Below the pieces are notes generated by a model, which had not been told where the DNA came from, ran no database searches, and saw only the letters and a program-made list of their open reading frames with translations. A stretch of DNA of 64,000 nt from assembly GCA_041484665.1 (NCBI GenBank), contig JBGPIA010000005.1, forward strand, positions 96,001 through 160,000, written 5' to 3'. Origin of the DNA: Candidatus Krumholzibacteriia bacterium. Its GTDB lineage: Bacteria; Krumholzibacteriota; Krumholzibacteriia; JAJRXK01. Of the stretch, positions 37,794 to 47,812 are shown piece after piece (within the stretch, counting starts at the first letter, position 1; the number at the start of each line of letters is the position of its first letter). The position numbers were made by a program, and so were the translations under genes.

Positions 37794-38939
37794 GTGGACT
37801 TCGAGCTGACCGAAGAGCAGCAGCTGCTCGTCAAGGGAACGCGTGACCTCGCCCAGGGCGTGATCGCTCCGCGCTCCGCTCAGATGGACCGCGATGGCAG
37901 CGTCGATCCCGTGGTGCTGGAGGCGCTGCGGGCCAACGGGTACTTCAGTCTGGGCATTCCCCGGCAGTACGGCGGTCTGGGGCTCTCCACGTTCGGCTAC
38001 GGGCTGGTGATCGCCGAGCTGGCGCGCGTTGACGCCGGGATCGCCATCATGGTCTCGGTGCACAACGGCGTGGGCACCTACCCGATCATGGGGTTCGGCA
38101 ATGAGCAGCTGCGACTCCGCGTGCTGCCCGCCATGGCCAGCGGCACGCTGGCCAGCTTCTGCGTCACCGAGCCCGGCGTGGGCAGCGACGCCGCCAACCT
38201 CACCACGCGCGCCGAGGTCGTCGGATCGAGCTATCGATTGACCGGCGAAAAGATCTGGGTCACCAACGGCGCCCACGCGGGGTTCTTCGTGGTGCTGGCG
38301 CGCATGGACGGCAAGCGCGGGCACGACGGGATCTCGGCGTTCCTGGTGGAGCGCGGCGCGCCAGGCCTGACCATCGGGGCCAAGGAAGACAAGATGGGGC
38401 TGCGCTGCAGCGATGCAGTGTCCCTGGTGCTCGACGATGTGGCGGTGCCGCGCGAGAACCTCATCGGCGAAGAGGGGCAGGGCTTCAAGATCGCCATGGC
38501 CAGCCTGGATGGCGGGCGAATCGGCGTGGCCTACCAGGCCGTCGGCCTGGCCACTGCCTGCCTGGAGGCGGCGACGCGCTACGCGCAGGAGCGCGATGCG
38601 TTCGGCGGCCCCATCTCCAACCTGCAGGCCATCCAGTGGATGATCGCCCAGGCGGCCACCGAGCTCGAGGCGGCAACGCTGCTGGCGCACAAGGCCGCCA
38701 CGTTGAAGGACCAGGGCAAGCCATTCAGCAAGCACGCGGCGATGGCCAAGCTCTTCGGCAGCGAAATGGCAGGCCGGACGGCCGACATGGCCGTGCAGGT
38801 GCACGGCGGCTTCGGCTACAGCAAGGATTACGACGTGGAGCGGTACTTTCGCGACGCCCGCGTGCTGCGCATCTACGAGGGTACCAGCGAGGTCCAGAAG
38901 CTCGTGATCGCCCGCCGGCACTTCAACGGCGAGCGCTAA
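37794..38939 (+). CDS. acyl-CoA dehydrogenase
   Basis: CVTEPGVGSDA, KMGLRCSD, LDGGRIGVA, RDARVLRIYEGTSEVQ. Confidence 0.93.
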   Translation: MDFELTEEQQLLVKGTRDLAQGVIAPRSAQMDRDGSVDPVVLEALRANGYFSLGIPRQYGGLGLSTFGYGLVIAELARVDAGIAIMVSVHNGVGTYPIMGFGNEQLRLRVLPAMASGTLASFCVTEPGVGSDAANLTTRAEVVGSSYRLTGEKIWVTNGAHAGFFVVLARMDGKRGHDGISAFLVERGAPGLTIGAKEDKMGLRCSDAVSLVLDDVAVPRENLIGEEGQGFKIAMASLDGGRIGVAYQAVGLATACLEAATRYAQERDAFGGPISNLQAIQWMIAQAATELEAATLLAHKAATLKDQGKPFSKHAAMAKLFGSEMAGRTADMAVQVHGGFGYSKDYDVERYFRDARVLRIYEGTSEVQKLVIARRHFNGER

Positions 38940-39019
38940 GGTGGCGCCGGCGCGGCCATCGCGCCGACTCAGGTGCACCGCTGGCCAAGGACCACTGCCG
39001 ATTCAGGTCCAACGCTGGA

Positions 39020-39433
39020 TCAGGCCCAGCGGCGCGCGATCAGCCATCCCCACTGTGCAATGATGGCCGCAAGCGTGGCCGCCCGGAGCGAGGCCTTCTC
39101 CCGCCGTCCCAGCGCCGGCTCGCCGCGCAAGCGGGGCACGCCGCTCGCGAGCAGCGCCCAGCCGGCCCACGCCGCGCATGCCGCCAGCCCCACGGACACC
39201 AGCGCATTGGCGCGCAGCGCGGCGGCCAGGTCTCCGCGGCACAGCGCCAACGCCGCGCGCGTCCCGCCGCAGCTGAGGCAGGGCACGCCCGTCACGGCGC
39301 GCAGGGGGCAGAACGAAAAGCGCTGCACTGCGTGGGGCGCGATGCGCAGCAGCAGAGCCGTGCACGCCCCAATGGCGCCGAACACCAGACCGAACGGGCG
39401 CAGGCCCGCGCGCTCTTCAGCGACCCATCGCAT
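39020..39433 (-). CDS. DUF2752-family membrane protein
   Basis: [19 protein letters not shown]...GDLAAA...N motif with hydrophobic helices; overlaps the end of the upstream YIP1 gene. Confidence 0.8.
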   Translation of the reverse strand: MRWVAEERAGLRPFGLVFGAIGACTALLLRIAPHAVQRFSFCPLRAVTGVPCLSCGGTRAALALCRGDLAAALRANALVSVGLAACAAWAGWALLASGVPRLRGEPALGRREKASLRAATLAAIIAQWGWLIARRWA

Positions 39434-40508
39434 CCCCGAGCCCCCGCAGCCACGCCATGCCGCCGAACGCCACGATTCCGGCGCAGAGAAGGCTGCAGCA
39501 GATGAGCGCCGGGAGGATGACGGCCAGCGCGGCGCGGCCGGTAGTGGTGCCGTGGAGCTCGCGCAGGGCAATCACCGAGACGACGATGCTCCATCCCCAC
39601 GCCACCAGACTGCCGCAGATCGGGAAGATCCCGACCAGACTCACGGTCCACGCGTACGCCCCGCCGCGCAGGGTCGCCTCGTAGCCCTCGTGCGCGCCGC
39701 CGGCGAGCATCAAGCAAACGTGGGTGATGCCGGACCCGACCACCAGGGCCAGCGGGGCGATCACTGGCATCAGGGCCAGCGCCAAGACCTCCGAGCCCAC
39801 CGTGCCAAAGAGGTGGTAGGGAAAATCGGTGGTGCGCTCGAACACTGTCGCCAGCGGAGCGAACAAAGCGGACCACGCCAGCGAGAAGGCCTGGACGATC
39901 ATGGCCGTGACGATGACGTAGAGGACCTGCAGACCCGTGCCGCCGCGCCGCGGCATGCGGGCGAAGGTCGCCGTGGGCCGCGTGAAGATCAGGCGCACAG
40001 TCAGCAGATACCCTTGGATCCACCCGAAGCGCGCATGATCCTCCCACGGCGGGGGGATGGGCGCCGGCGGTGGCATGCCGGGCCCCCAAGAGCCTCCAGG
40101 TCCCCCGGGGCTCGCGGGGCCGCCCGGACCATAGGGACTGCCCGGACCGCTCGGTCCATTGGGGCCTCCCGGACCCCCCGGGCCGCCCGAGCCGCCCGCG
40201 CCGTACGGTCCACCCGGTCCATAGGGGCCAGTCCCGCCGTAGGGGCCACCGGAGCCAGGGGAGCCAGTCGGCTCGTGCGCGCCGCCTGGGCCAGACGGGC
40301 CGGTTGCGTCAGACGGGCCGGTTGCGTCAGACGGGGCGGTCGCGTCAGACGGGCCGCCCGAGCGGTCCGTGGTACCCGCGCCGGGCGCCCCGTGACCGCC
40401 CGCGGGCGGTCCGCCCGGGGAGCCGACTGGTTGTCCACCCGGCGAACCCGGTGGCGTCCGACCCGGCGAGTCGCCCGGCTGCCCTGACGACGTGGAATCC
40501 TGGTCCAT
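39417..40508 (-). CDS. YIP1-family membrane protein with G/P-rich disordered N-terminus
   Basis: PPPWED, P...F..M, H.CL...GG....YEATLR, IFPICG, LRELH....GRA; N-terminus of PSDATG and GPGGPY repeats. Confidence 0.75.
   Translation of the reverse strand: MDQDSTSSGQPGDSPGRTPPGSPGGQPVGSPGGPPAGGHGAPGAGTTDRSGGPSDATAPSDATGPSDATGPSGPGGAHEPTGSPGSGGPYGGTGPYGPGGPYGAGGSGGPGGPGGPNGPSGPGSPYGPGGPASPGGPGGSWGPGMPPPAPIPPPWEDHARFGWIQGYLLTVRLIFTRPTATFARMPRRGGTGLQVLYVIVTAMIVQAFSLAWSALFAPLATVFERTTDFPYHLFGTVGSEVLALALMPVIAPLALVVGSGITHVCLMLAGGAHEGYEATLRGGAYAWTVSLVGIFPICGSLVAWGWSIVVSVIALRELHGTTTGRAALAVILPALICCSLLCAGIVAFGGMAWLRGLGDAMGR
40292..40356. repeat. 18-bp coding tandem repeat (PSDATG x3.5)
   Basis: CAGACGGGCCGGTTGCGT at 40292 and 40310, variant at 40328, partial at 40346. 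Confidence 0.85.
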
Positions 40509-40785
40509 GGATCGGCCTTTGGTTGCGCCCTCGGCACGCCGCGCGAGGCTCCGCATCGAAGTTTTGCGAGAACGGACCGCAGCGTACCCCGCGCGCCGGG
40601 AGGCGACAAGCGCGGGAACGTCGAGCGCGTGAGTGCCGACCTCGGCCGCCCTGTTGGGTCGCGACACGATGACGTACACTGGATGCACGATCCGGCCCAT
40701 GGGATGCGCGCGGAGGCTTCCCGCGGCTCCCGGCGGGCTCCCCCGCGCGCGCCAAGAGCGACGCGCTCCCCAGCGAGGCGCTGCC

Positions 40786-41754
40786 GTGAGCCAAGACGAG
40801 CCCGCCTTCGACGTGATCCTGCCGCGCCCGCGCGGTTTCTGCGCCGGGGTGGAGCGGGCGGTCCAGATCGTCGAGCTGGCTCTGGAGCAGCTGCACCCTC
40901 CGATCTACGTCCGCCGCGAGATCGTGCACAACCGCGCGGTCGTCGAACGCTTCCGTGCCCGGGGCGTCGTGTTCGTCGACTCCCTCGATGAGGTCCCGGC
41001 CCAGGCGGTTTGCGTGTTCTCGGCCCACGGCGTCGCGCCCGACGTGCGCGCGGCCGCCGATGCCCGCGGTCTGCAGGTGATCGACGCCACGTGCCCGCTG
41101 GTGACGAAGGTGCACGTCGAGGTGCTGCGACACGCCCGGGCCGGCGACACCATCCTACTGATCGGCCACGAGGGGCACGACGAGGTGATCGGCACCATGG
41201 GACATGCCCGCGACCAGGTCCGCCTGGTGGGCGATGTGCACGCGGCGCTCACTGTGGAGGTGCCCGACCCGCAGAGGGTCGCCTACGTGACTCAGACGAC
41301 GCTCTCGGTGGACGAGACCGCCGGGATCGTGCGCGCGCTGCGCGGCCGGTTTCCCGCGATCGAGGGACCTAAGACCGCCGACATCTGCTACGCGACGCAG
41401 AACCGCCAGGACGCCGTGAAGGCCCTGGTGCTGGAGGAGGGCATCGAGCTGCTGCTGGTGGTGGGCAGCGAGAACAGCAGCAACAGCCAGCGTCTGGTCG
41501 AGGTAGCGCAGAGCCTGGGCGCGCGCGGACAGCTGGTCGACGCTGCCAGCGATGTCGATCCCGCCTGGCTGCGGGGCGTGCGCCGTGTGGGGCTGACGGC
41601 GGGCGCGAGCGCCCCGGAGGACCTGGTCCAGGGCGTAGCCGCACGACTTGCGGCCCTCGGCGGTCGCCTGAGCGAGCGCGAGCTCATCCCCGAGGACGTC
41701 ACGTTCCCGCTGCCGCCGCAGCTCGCGCCCGCGCGCAACAGGTCGGGCGGATGA
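40786..41754 (+). CDS. ispH: 4-hydroxy-3-methylbut-2-enyl diphosphate reductase
   Basis: [60 protein letters not shown]. Confidence 0.97.
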   Translation: MSQDEPAFDVILPRPRGFCAGVERAVQIVELALEQLHPPIYVRREIVHNRAVVERFRARGVVFVDSLDEVPAQAVCVFSAHGVAPDVRAAADARGLQVIDATCPLVTKVHVEVLRHARAGDTILLIGHEGHDEVIGTMGHARDQVRLVGDVHAALTVEVPDPQRVAYVTQTTLSVDETAGIVRALRGRFPAIEGPKTADICYATQNRQDAVKALVLEEGIELLLVVGSENSSNSQRLVEVAQSLGARGQLVDAASDVDPAWLRGVRRVGLTAGASAPEDLVQGVAARLAALGGRLSERELIPEDVTFPLPPQLAPARNRSGG

Positions 41755-42818
41755 GCCCCCGCGATTCGCGGCACCGCAGCACCCAGCGTCGCAAGCGCGA
41801 TCACCTGGAGCTCGCCCTCGATGACGAGGTGGAGTTCCAGTCCATCCGCAACGGGCTGGACGCTTTGGGTCTGGTCCACGACGCGCTGCCGGAGATCGAT
41901 TTCGACGCCATCGACCTGTCGGCGACGTTCCTGGGCCGCTCGCTGCGACTGCCATTGATCATCTCATCGATGACCGGCGGCACCCCCGAGGCCGCCCGGA
42001 TCAACCGCGCCCTGGCCAGCGCGGCCGCGCGCGTGGGATGCGCCATGGCCGTGGGCAGCCAGCGGGCCGCGCTGGAGGACCCGGCGTTGGCGGCGACCTA
42101 CGCCATCCGGGACCAGGCGCCCGACGTGCTGGTGCTCGGCAACCTGGGCGCCGTGCAGCTCAACTACGGCTACGGCATGGACCAGTGCCGCCGGGCGGTG
42201 GAGATGATCCGCGCCGATGGCCTGCTGCTGCACCTCAACAGCCTCCAGGAGGTGTTGCAGCCGGAGGGCAACCGCGACTTCTCGGGCCTGTTGGACAAGA
42301 TCGAGGCGCTCTGCCGCGAGCTGCCGTTCCCCGTGCTGCTGAAGACCACCGGCAACGGCCTCTCGCCGCGGGCGGCGGCCAAGCTCGCGCGGCTGGCGCG
42401 CGCCGGCCTGGCGGGGATCGAGGTCAGTGGCGCCGGCGGGACGAGCTGGGCGCGCATCGAGGCTCTCCGCGGCAACGATGCGGCCTCCCTGGACCAGTTC
42501 GGCGAGTTCGGCGAGACCACGGCCGACAGCATCCGCGCCGCAAGGGCGGCGGTGCCCGAGTTGCCGTTGATCGCCAGCGGCGGGGTCCGCCACGGCGCGG
42601 ACGTGGCCAAGGCCCTGGCCCTGGGGGCCGACCTAGTGGGGATCGCCCGGCCGCTCCTGAAGGCCGCCGTGCAAGGCCAAGCCCGCGTCGAGGAGGCGCT
42701 GCGGCGCGTTGCCTGGGAGCTGCAGGTGAGCTGCTTCTACGCCGGCCGAGGGGCTGCTCGGCAGCTATGTCCCCAGGATGTGGCTCCGGTCGGGAACTCG
42801 CGCGGCCGCACGGTGTAG
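41751..42818 (+). CDS. fni: type 2 isopentenyl-diphosphate delta-isomerase
   Basis: RK.DHL, H.ALPE, SSMTGG, GSQRAAL, NLGAVQL, HLNSLQE..QPEG, G.GGTSW, ASGGVR.G; ATGA overlap with ispH. Confidence 0.93.
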   Translation: MSPRDSRHRSTQRRKRDHLELALDDEVEFQSIRNGLDALGLVHDALPEIDFDAIDLSATFLGRSLRLPLIISSMTGGTPEAARINRALASAAARVGCAMAVGSQRAALEDPALAATYAIRDQAPDVLVLGNLGAVQLNYGYGMDQCRRAVEMIRADGLLLHLNSLQEVLQPEGNRDFSGLLDKIEALCRELPFPVLLKTTGNGLSPRAAAKLARLARAGLAGIEVSGAGGTSWARIEALRGNDAASLDQFGEFGETTADSIRAARAAVPELPLIASGGVRHGADVAKALALGADLVGIARPLLKAAVQGQARVEEALRRVAWELQVSCFYAGRGAARQLCPQDVAPVGNSRGRTV

Positions 42819-42866
42819 ACTTCCCGTTTCGTGCGCGGGTGGTTGCCTGGAGGGTGAGCCGCTGCC

Positions 42867-42895
42867 TGGACGCGCCCGGCCGACTCCCCTATACT
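42867..42895 (+). promoter_or_regulatory. sigma70-type promoter of the ABC operon
   Basis: TGGACG (42867-42872), 17 bp, TATACT (42890-42895). Confidence 0.6.
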
Positions 42896-43081
42896 GCGCC
42901 CCCGGTTCTGCGGGGAGCGGTCAGGCCGCGCTCGAAGCTTCACGGGCAGCGGTTGGACCGCGCCCTCCGTTCTGCTCTGCCGGGCGCGGCCGCCGGCGAC
43001 ACGCCACCGGCCAGCCGCGTGCACGAGGGCGTCGGGGCCGGCCGGCCTGGCGCGCGTCGCCTTTCCAAGGAGCGAGACTCA

Positions 43082-44068
43082 ATGATCCGTGTCGAGGATG
43101 TGACCAAGCTCTACGGCCCCGTGCACGCCCTCGACCACGTCACCTTCGAGGTGGCTGACCGGCAGGTCCTGGGATTCCTGGGCCCCAACGGTGCCGGCAA
43201 GAGCACTGCGATGAAGATCATTACGACCTACATCGCGCCCTCGCAGGGGCGGGTGACGGTGGACGACCTCGACGTGAGCAAGTTCCCGATCGAGGTGAGG
43301 CGCAAGATCGGCTACCTGCCTGAGACCAACCCGCTCTACCCCGACATGCGCACCGACGACTACCTGCGGTTCTGTGGGGAGGCGCGTGGGCTCTCGGGTG
43401 CGGCCCTCCGCGAGCGCTTCCACTGGGTGGTGGAGGCCTGCGGCATCCAGAGCGTGCTCAAGAAGAACATCCACGAGTTGTCCAAGGGGTTCAAGCAGCG
43501 CACCGGATTGGCCCAGGCGCTGATCCACGATCCCCAGATCCTGATCCTCGACGAGCCTACCTCCGGACTCGACCCGCTCCAGATCATCGAGATCCGGCGC
43601 CTCGTCCAGGAGCTCGCCCGCAGCAAGACCATTGTGTTCAGCACGCACATCCTGCAGGAGGTGAGCGCCACCACCGATCGGATCATCATCATCAACGAGG
43701 GGCGGATCATCGCCGACGGCTACATCAGCGATCTCAAGAATGAGGCGGCGGGCGTCACCCACGTGCGCGCCACGATGTCCGCCTCCCGCGCCGCTGTGGA
43801 GCGCGAAGTGCAGCAGCTGGCCGGCCTGTCCGGCTGGAGCATCGTGGGCGAGGCGGACAACGCGGTGACCGTAGACCTCAAGTCGCCGCTGGGCAGCGAT
43901 CTGCGGCGCAAGGTCGGCGAGCTGGCGGCGCGCCATAACTGGCCCGTGCTCGAGCTGACGGTGCCGGCCTTGAGCCTGGAGGACGCCTTCATCGAACTCA
44001 TCAAGAAGAGCGACACGGCGCGCAAGCACGAGAAGGGCAGCCGCGCCAGGGAGGTGGTCCGTGCGTAA
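43082..44068 (+). CDS. ABC transporter ATP-binding protein (GldA-like)
   Basis: GPNGAGKST, IGYLPE.NPLY, LSKGFKQR, ILDEPTSGLDP, STHIL; AAGGAG RBS. Confidence 0.93.
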   Translation: MIRVEDVTKLYGPVHALDHVTFEVADRQVLGFLGPNGAGKSTAMKIITTYIAPSQGRVTVDDLDVSKFPIEVRRKIGYLPETNPLYPDMRTDDYLRFCGEARGLSGAALRERFHWVVEACGIQSVLKKNIHELSKGFKQRTGLAQALIHDPQILILDEPTSGLDPLQIIEIRRLVQELARSKTIVFSTHILQEVSATTDRIIIINEGRIIADGYISDLKNEAAGVTHVRATMSASRAAVEREVQQLAGLSGWSIVGEADNAVTVDLKSPLGSDLRRKVGELAARHNWPVLELTVPALSLEDAFIELIKKSDTARKHEKGSRAREVVRA

Positions 44069-44786
44069 CGTCGGGATCATCCTCCGCCGGGAGTTCCGCG
44101 CCTACTTCGACAGCCCGATTGCCTACATCTTCATGATCGTCTACTTGTGCGTGAACACCTGGCTGTTCATGAGCGGCTTCTTCCTCGCCGGCGTCGCGGA
44201 CATGCGGGGGTTCTTCGGCAACATCCCGTTGTTCAATACGTTCTTCCTCCCGGCCGTGGCCATGCGCCTGTGGGCGGAGGACAAGAAGAGCGGCACGATG
44301 GAGCTGCTCATGACCCTGCCCATGAAGTCGTGGGAGGTGGTCTTGGGCAAGTACCTGGCGGCCCTCTCCTTCTACGGCCTCACGCTGTTGGGGACGCTGA
44401 CCCTGCCCATCTCGCTGGCGATCCTGGGCAACCCGGACATGGGCGCGATCTTCGCGGGTTATCTGGGCAGCGTGCTGCTGGGCGCGTTCTTCCTGGCCAT
44501 CGGCATCTTCGTCAGCGGCCTGTTCAAGGACCAGATCGCGGCCTTTCTGGTCGGCTCGCTGCTGTGCCTGTTCTTCTACCTGGTGGGCCAGGACTGGGTG
44601 GCGGCTCCCATCGACGGCTGGATTGGCGGCCTGGGGAGCTTCCTGCAGAGCCACGTGGGCTTCTGGACCCATTTCGAGTCCATCGAGCGCGGCGTGGTCG
44701 ACCTGAAGAACCTGCTCTACTTCGCGACGCTGACAGCGCTGTTCCTGCTGCTCAACACGCTGTCGCTGGAAGGGAGGCGGTTCTGA
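44061..44786 (+). CDS. ABC-2 permease (GldF-like)
   Basis: RE.R.YF.SPIAY, MRLWAEDKKSGTMELLMTLP, VLGKYLA, HFESIERGVVD. Confidence 0.9.
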   Translation: MRNVGIILRREFRAYFDSPIAYIFMIVYLCVNTWLFMSGFFLAGVADMRGFFGNIPLFNTFFLPAVAMRLWAEDKKSGTMELLMTLPMKSWEVVLGKYLAALSFYGLTLLGTLTLPISLAILGNPDMGAIFAGYLGSVLLGAFFLAIGIFVSGLFKDQIAAFLVGSLLCLFFYLVGQDWVAAPIDGWIGGLGSFLQSHVGFWTHFESIERGVVDLKNLLYFATLTALFLLLNTLSLEGRRF

Positions 44787-46516
44787 TGGCCAGCCGCAAG
44801 GTCAACTTCAACCTGACGTTCACCGCAACGGCGTGCCTGCTGTTCGGGATCGCCGTGACGTTTGTGGCGGTCGTGAGCCTGGCGTTGCATGCGCGCGTCG
44901 ACTTGACCTCCGACAAGACCTACACCGTGAGCCCGGCGGCCAAGCGCATCCTCACCAAGCTGGCCGTGCCGGTGCAGATCAAGGTCTACATGACCGGCGA
45001 GAACCAGATGCCCACGCAGTGGAAGACCCTCGAGCGCGACGTGGTGGACAAGCTCAAGGAGTTCCGCGTGGCATCGGGCGGCAAGCTCAGCTTCTCCGTG
45101 ATCGACCCTTCCGACAACGACGATCTCAAGGAGAAGCTCTCGCGCAAAGGGATCCGGCCGCTGCAAGTGTCTTCGGTCGAGCGCGACGAGATGGCGGTCA
45201 AGCTGATCTACAGCGCGATCGCCGTCGCGTACAAGGAGAAGCAGGAGGAGGTCATCCCGCAGGTCGTTCCCCAGAGCCTGGAGACGTTCGAATACCAGAT
45301 CTGCAACGCGGTCTCCAAGCTGACGCGCCAGAAGGACCCTGTGGTCGCGGTCTACACCAGCAAGCCGGAGATGGATCCCCAGGTCCGCATGCTCTACATG
45401 CAGATGGGCCAGCAGCCGCCCGAGCCGCCCGATGTGTACAAGTCCATCGGCGAGCTGCTGAAGCAGGCCAACTACGAGATCCGGCCCACCCAGATCAGCG
45501 AGTCGTCGCCCATCCCAGACGATGCCTCGACCCTGCTGCTGCTTGCGCCGCGCCACCTGGACGCGCGCCAGCGCTACGAGATCAACAGGTTCATCCACCG
45601 TGGGGGCAGCGCCATCCTGGCCGTCCAGCGCTACGAGTACGATTACAATCCGGGGCGCTCCGGCGGCTTCAACATCAGCGCCACGTCCATCGACAGCGGG
45701 CTGGATGAGCTGCTGACGGCCTACGGCGTGAAGGTCTCCGACAAGCTATTCATGGACGCCAACATGGCCGTGCTGCAGATTCCGCGCAGCGAGAACATGG
45801 GCATGTTCCAGGTCCAGGTGGCCGAGCCGATCAAGGCACCGATGCAGATCCGCGTCAACGGCGACCAGCTCAACAACCAGACGTCCATCACCAACCGCAT
45901 CTCCGAGATCCTGTACCTGTGGGGTAGCCGCCTGCTGCCCGACGAGAGCAAGCTCGGCGCGGGCAAGGTCGAGCTGACGCCGTTGTTCTCCAGCACCAAG
46001 CAATCGTGGGAGGTCGACTACAGCGGCGGCCCGATCACCGCCGCCTCCATCCAGTCCGATCCCACGAAGTTCGTGGGGCCGGCTCCGTTGGCCGTTATGC
46101 TGCGTGGCGCACTATCCAATCCGTACGAGACCGGCACCATCCCGCCCTGGGCGAAGGCGACCCCGGACAGCAACCCGCCGCCGCCCAAGCCCGTCGAGCT
46201 TTTCGAGCCCAAGGAATCGAAGCTCGTCGTGGTGGGGTGCGCCCAGATGTTCACCGACAACCTGCTGGGCGTGGCGGGCAACGCCATGTTCCTCATGAAC
46301 GCGGTGGACGCGGTGACCCTGGGCAATGACCTGATCGAGATCCGTGGCAAGTCGATCACGCAGAGGGTCATCGCGCCGGTCAGCAGCCAGAAGAAGCTCG
46401 CCGTACGCCTGTTCTCCACCGTGCTGGTGCCGGTGGTCATTGCGATCTACGGCATCCTGCGCATGGTGCGCCGCCGCCGCGAGGAGGCGGCCTACCTGGC
46501 AGCCCAGGCGGGCTGA
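44786..46516 (+). CDS. ABC transporter auxiliary component (GldG-like)
   Basis: R.DLT.DK.YT.S, extracytoplasmic domain, N..FLMNAVD, LIEIR.K, C-terminal TM followed by RRRR. Confidence 0.85.
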   Translation: MASRKVNFNLTFTATACLLFGIAVTFVAVVSLALHARVDLTSDKTYTVSPAAKRILTKLAVPVQIKVYMTGENQMPTQWKTLERDVVDKLKEFRVASGGKLSFSVIDPSDNDDLKEKLSRKGIRPLQVSSVERDEMAVKLIYSAIAVAYKEKQEEVIPQVVPQSLETFEYQICNAVSKLTRQKDPVVAVYTSKPEMDPQVRMLYMQMGQQPPEPPDVYKSIGELLKQANYEIRPTQISESSPIPDDASTLLLLAPRHLDARQRYEINRFIHRGGSAILAVQRYEYDYNPGRSGGFNISATSIDSGLDELLTAYGVKVSDKLFMDANMAVLQIPRSENMGMFQVQVAEPIKAPMQIRVNGDQLNNQTSITNRISEILYLWGSRLLPDESKLGAGKVELTPLFSSTKQSWEVDYSGGPITAASIQSDPTKFVGPAPLAVMLRGALSNPYETGTIPPWAKATPDSNPPPPKPVELFEPKESKLVVVGCAQMFTDNLLGVAGNAMFLMNAVDAVTLGNDLIEIRGKSITQRVIAPVSSQKKLAVRLFSTVLVPVVIAIYGILRMVRRRREEAAYLAAQAG

Positions 46517-46530
46517 CGAGGAGTGGGGCG

Positions 46531-47559
46531 ATGGGAAGCAAGCGTAATCTGATCGTCATGGGCATCCTCCTGGTGGGTCTGGTGGCCCTGTACCTCCTCA
46601 CCAGCCGGCACCGCACGAACATCGACACGTCCGGGGGCTTCGTCGACTTGGTTCCGGGCAAGCTCTCCACCGACGAGGTCTTCGGGATCGAGGCCTACCG
46701 CGGCCGTACCCGCGACAAGGGGCTCACGCTTGCTCGCCAGGGGGACGCCTGGACGGTGACCAGCCGTTTCGGTGCTCCGGCCAACGTGAACAAGATCCGA
46801 AGCCTCCTGGGCAACCTCGAGAGCCTCGAGGGCGAGGTGCGCAGCGACAGCCCCACTGTGCTGGCGGACTACGGTCTGTCCGACTCCCTGGCACTGCACG
46901 TCGTGCTCAAGAAGGAATCGGGGGAGGCACGACTACACCTGCTGCTGGGCAAGCGCAGCGGCAATGGCTCCTTCGTGCGCCAGGACGGCAGCGACAAAGC
47001 CATCATGGCCAGCACGAACATCCTGGGCGACTTCGGGATCTGGGGCGACGAAACCCCCGACCCCGATCCGAAACTGTGGCTCGACCTGGACGCCTACAAG
47101 GTCGACCGCGAGCAGGTCAGCCAGCTCGCGTTGCTCAGCGGAGGCAAGAGCCTCGAGCTGAAGAAAGAGGTTTCGCAGCCACCGCCGACCACCGCCCCAG
47201 CCGACAGCAACGCGCCCAAGACACCGCCGACCTACGAGTGGCGCGTAACCAAGCCCACGAGCTTTCTCGCACTCAAGACGCGCGGCGACGGCATCCTGGG
47301 CTCGCTCGTGGCCGTGCGCGCGCGTGACATGGCCGACCCCAACGTTACCGCCGAGCAGACCGGCCTGGGGGCGAAGGCCGATCGGGCGGTCCTGACGCTC
47401 TCGACAGGCGTCACCGATACGCTGTTGTTCGGCGCCGATCTGCCTAGCGACACGACCCAGCTGTATTTCCGTGTCGCGGGCAAGGACCGCGTGTGGGTAG
47501 TGCCCAACTACATCAAGCAAAACGTCTTCAAGAAACCCGAGGACCTGAAGCCGCAGTGA
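46531..47559 (+). CDS. DUF4340-like membrane-anchored protein
   Basis: N-terminal TM; duplicated motif (YGL...L.LGK / TGL...L.FG...YFRV); usual position after GldAFG-like genes. Confidence 0.7.
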   Translation: MGSKRNLIVMGILLVGLVALYLLTSRHRTNIDTSGGFVDLVPGKLSTDEVFGIEAYRGRTRDKGLTLARQGDAWTVTSRFGAPANVNKIRSLLGNLESLEGEVRSDSPTVLADYGLSDSLALHVVLKKESGEARLHLLLGKRSGNGSFVRQDGSDKAIMASTNILGDFGIWGDETPDPDPKLWLDLDAYKVDREQVSQLALLSGGKSLELKKEVSQPPPTTAPADSNAPKTPPTYEWRVTKPTSFLALKTRGDGILGSLVAVRARDMADPNVTAEQTGLGAKADRAVLTLSTGVTDTLLFGADLPSDTTQLYFRVAGKDRVWVVPNYIKQNVFKKPEDLKPQ

Positions 47560-47692
47560 CCAGCGGGCGACGCCCGCCAGCGCGGCCTGGCGTTACCGCG
47601 GGGCCCATCCGGCGGGGACGCTCGGAATCGGGTGCCGGTCCGGCCGCGCGTTCCCGCCCATCGATGTCCAGGGTCTCTCGCCCCGGGACGTG

Positions 47693-47812
47693 ACCCCTCA
47701 CCGACGTTCGCCGTCGAGATCTTGTCGAACTTGTTCCCAACCCCTCACGGACGTTCGCCGTTCTGACTCGCGATCCGGCGCCGCGGTGGCCGGTACTGCC
47801 GACGTTCGCCAT
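47693..47812. repeat. spaced direct repeats (22 bp x2 plus a partial third)
   Basis: ACCCCTCAC(C/G)GACGTTCGCCGT at 47693-47714 and 47740-47761; CCGACGTTCGCC at 47799-47810. Confidence 0.75.

Noticed and set aside
47693..47812. CRISPR array
   Set aside because: Only two good repeats, not palindromic, unequal spacing, and no cas genes in the window; kept only as an unexplained repeat.
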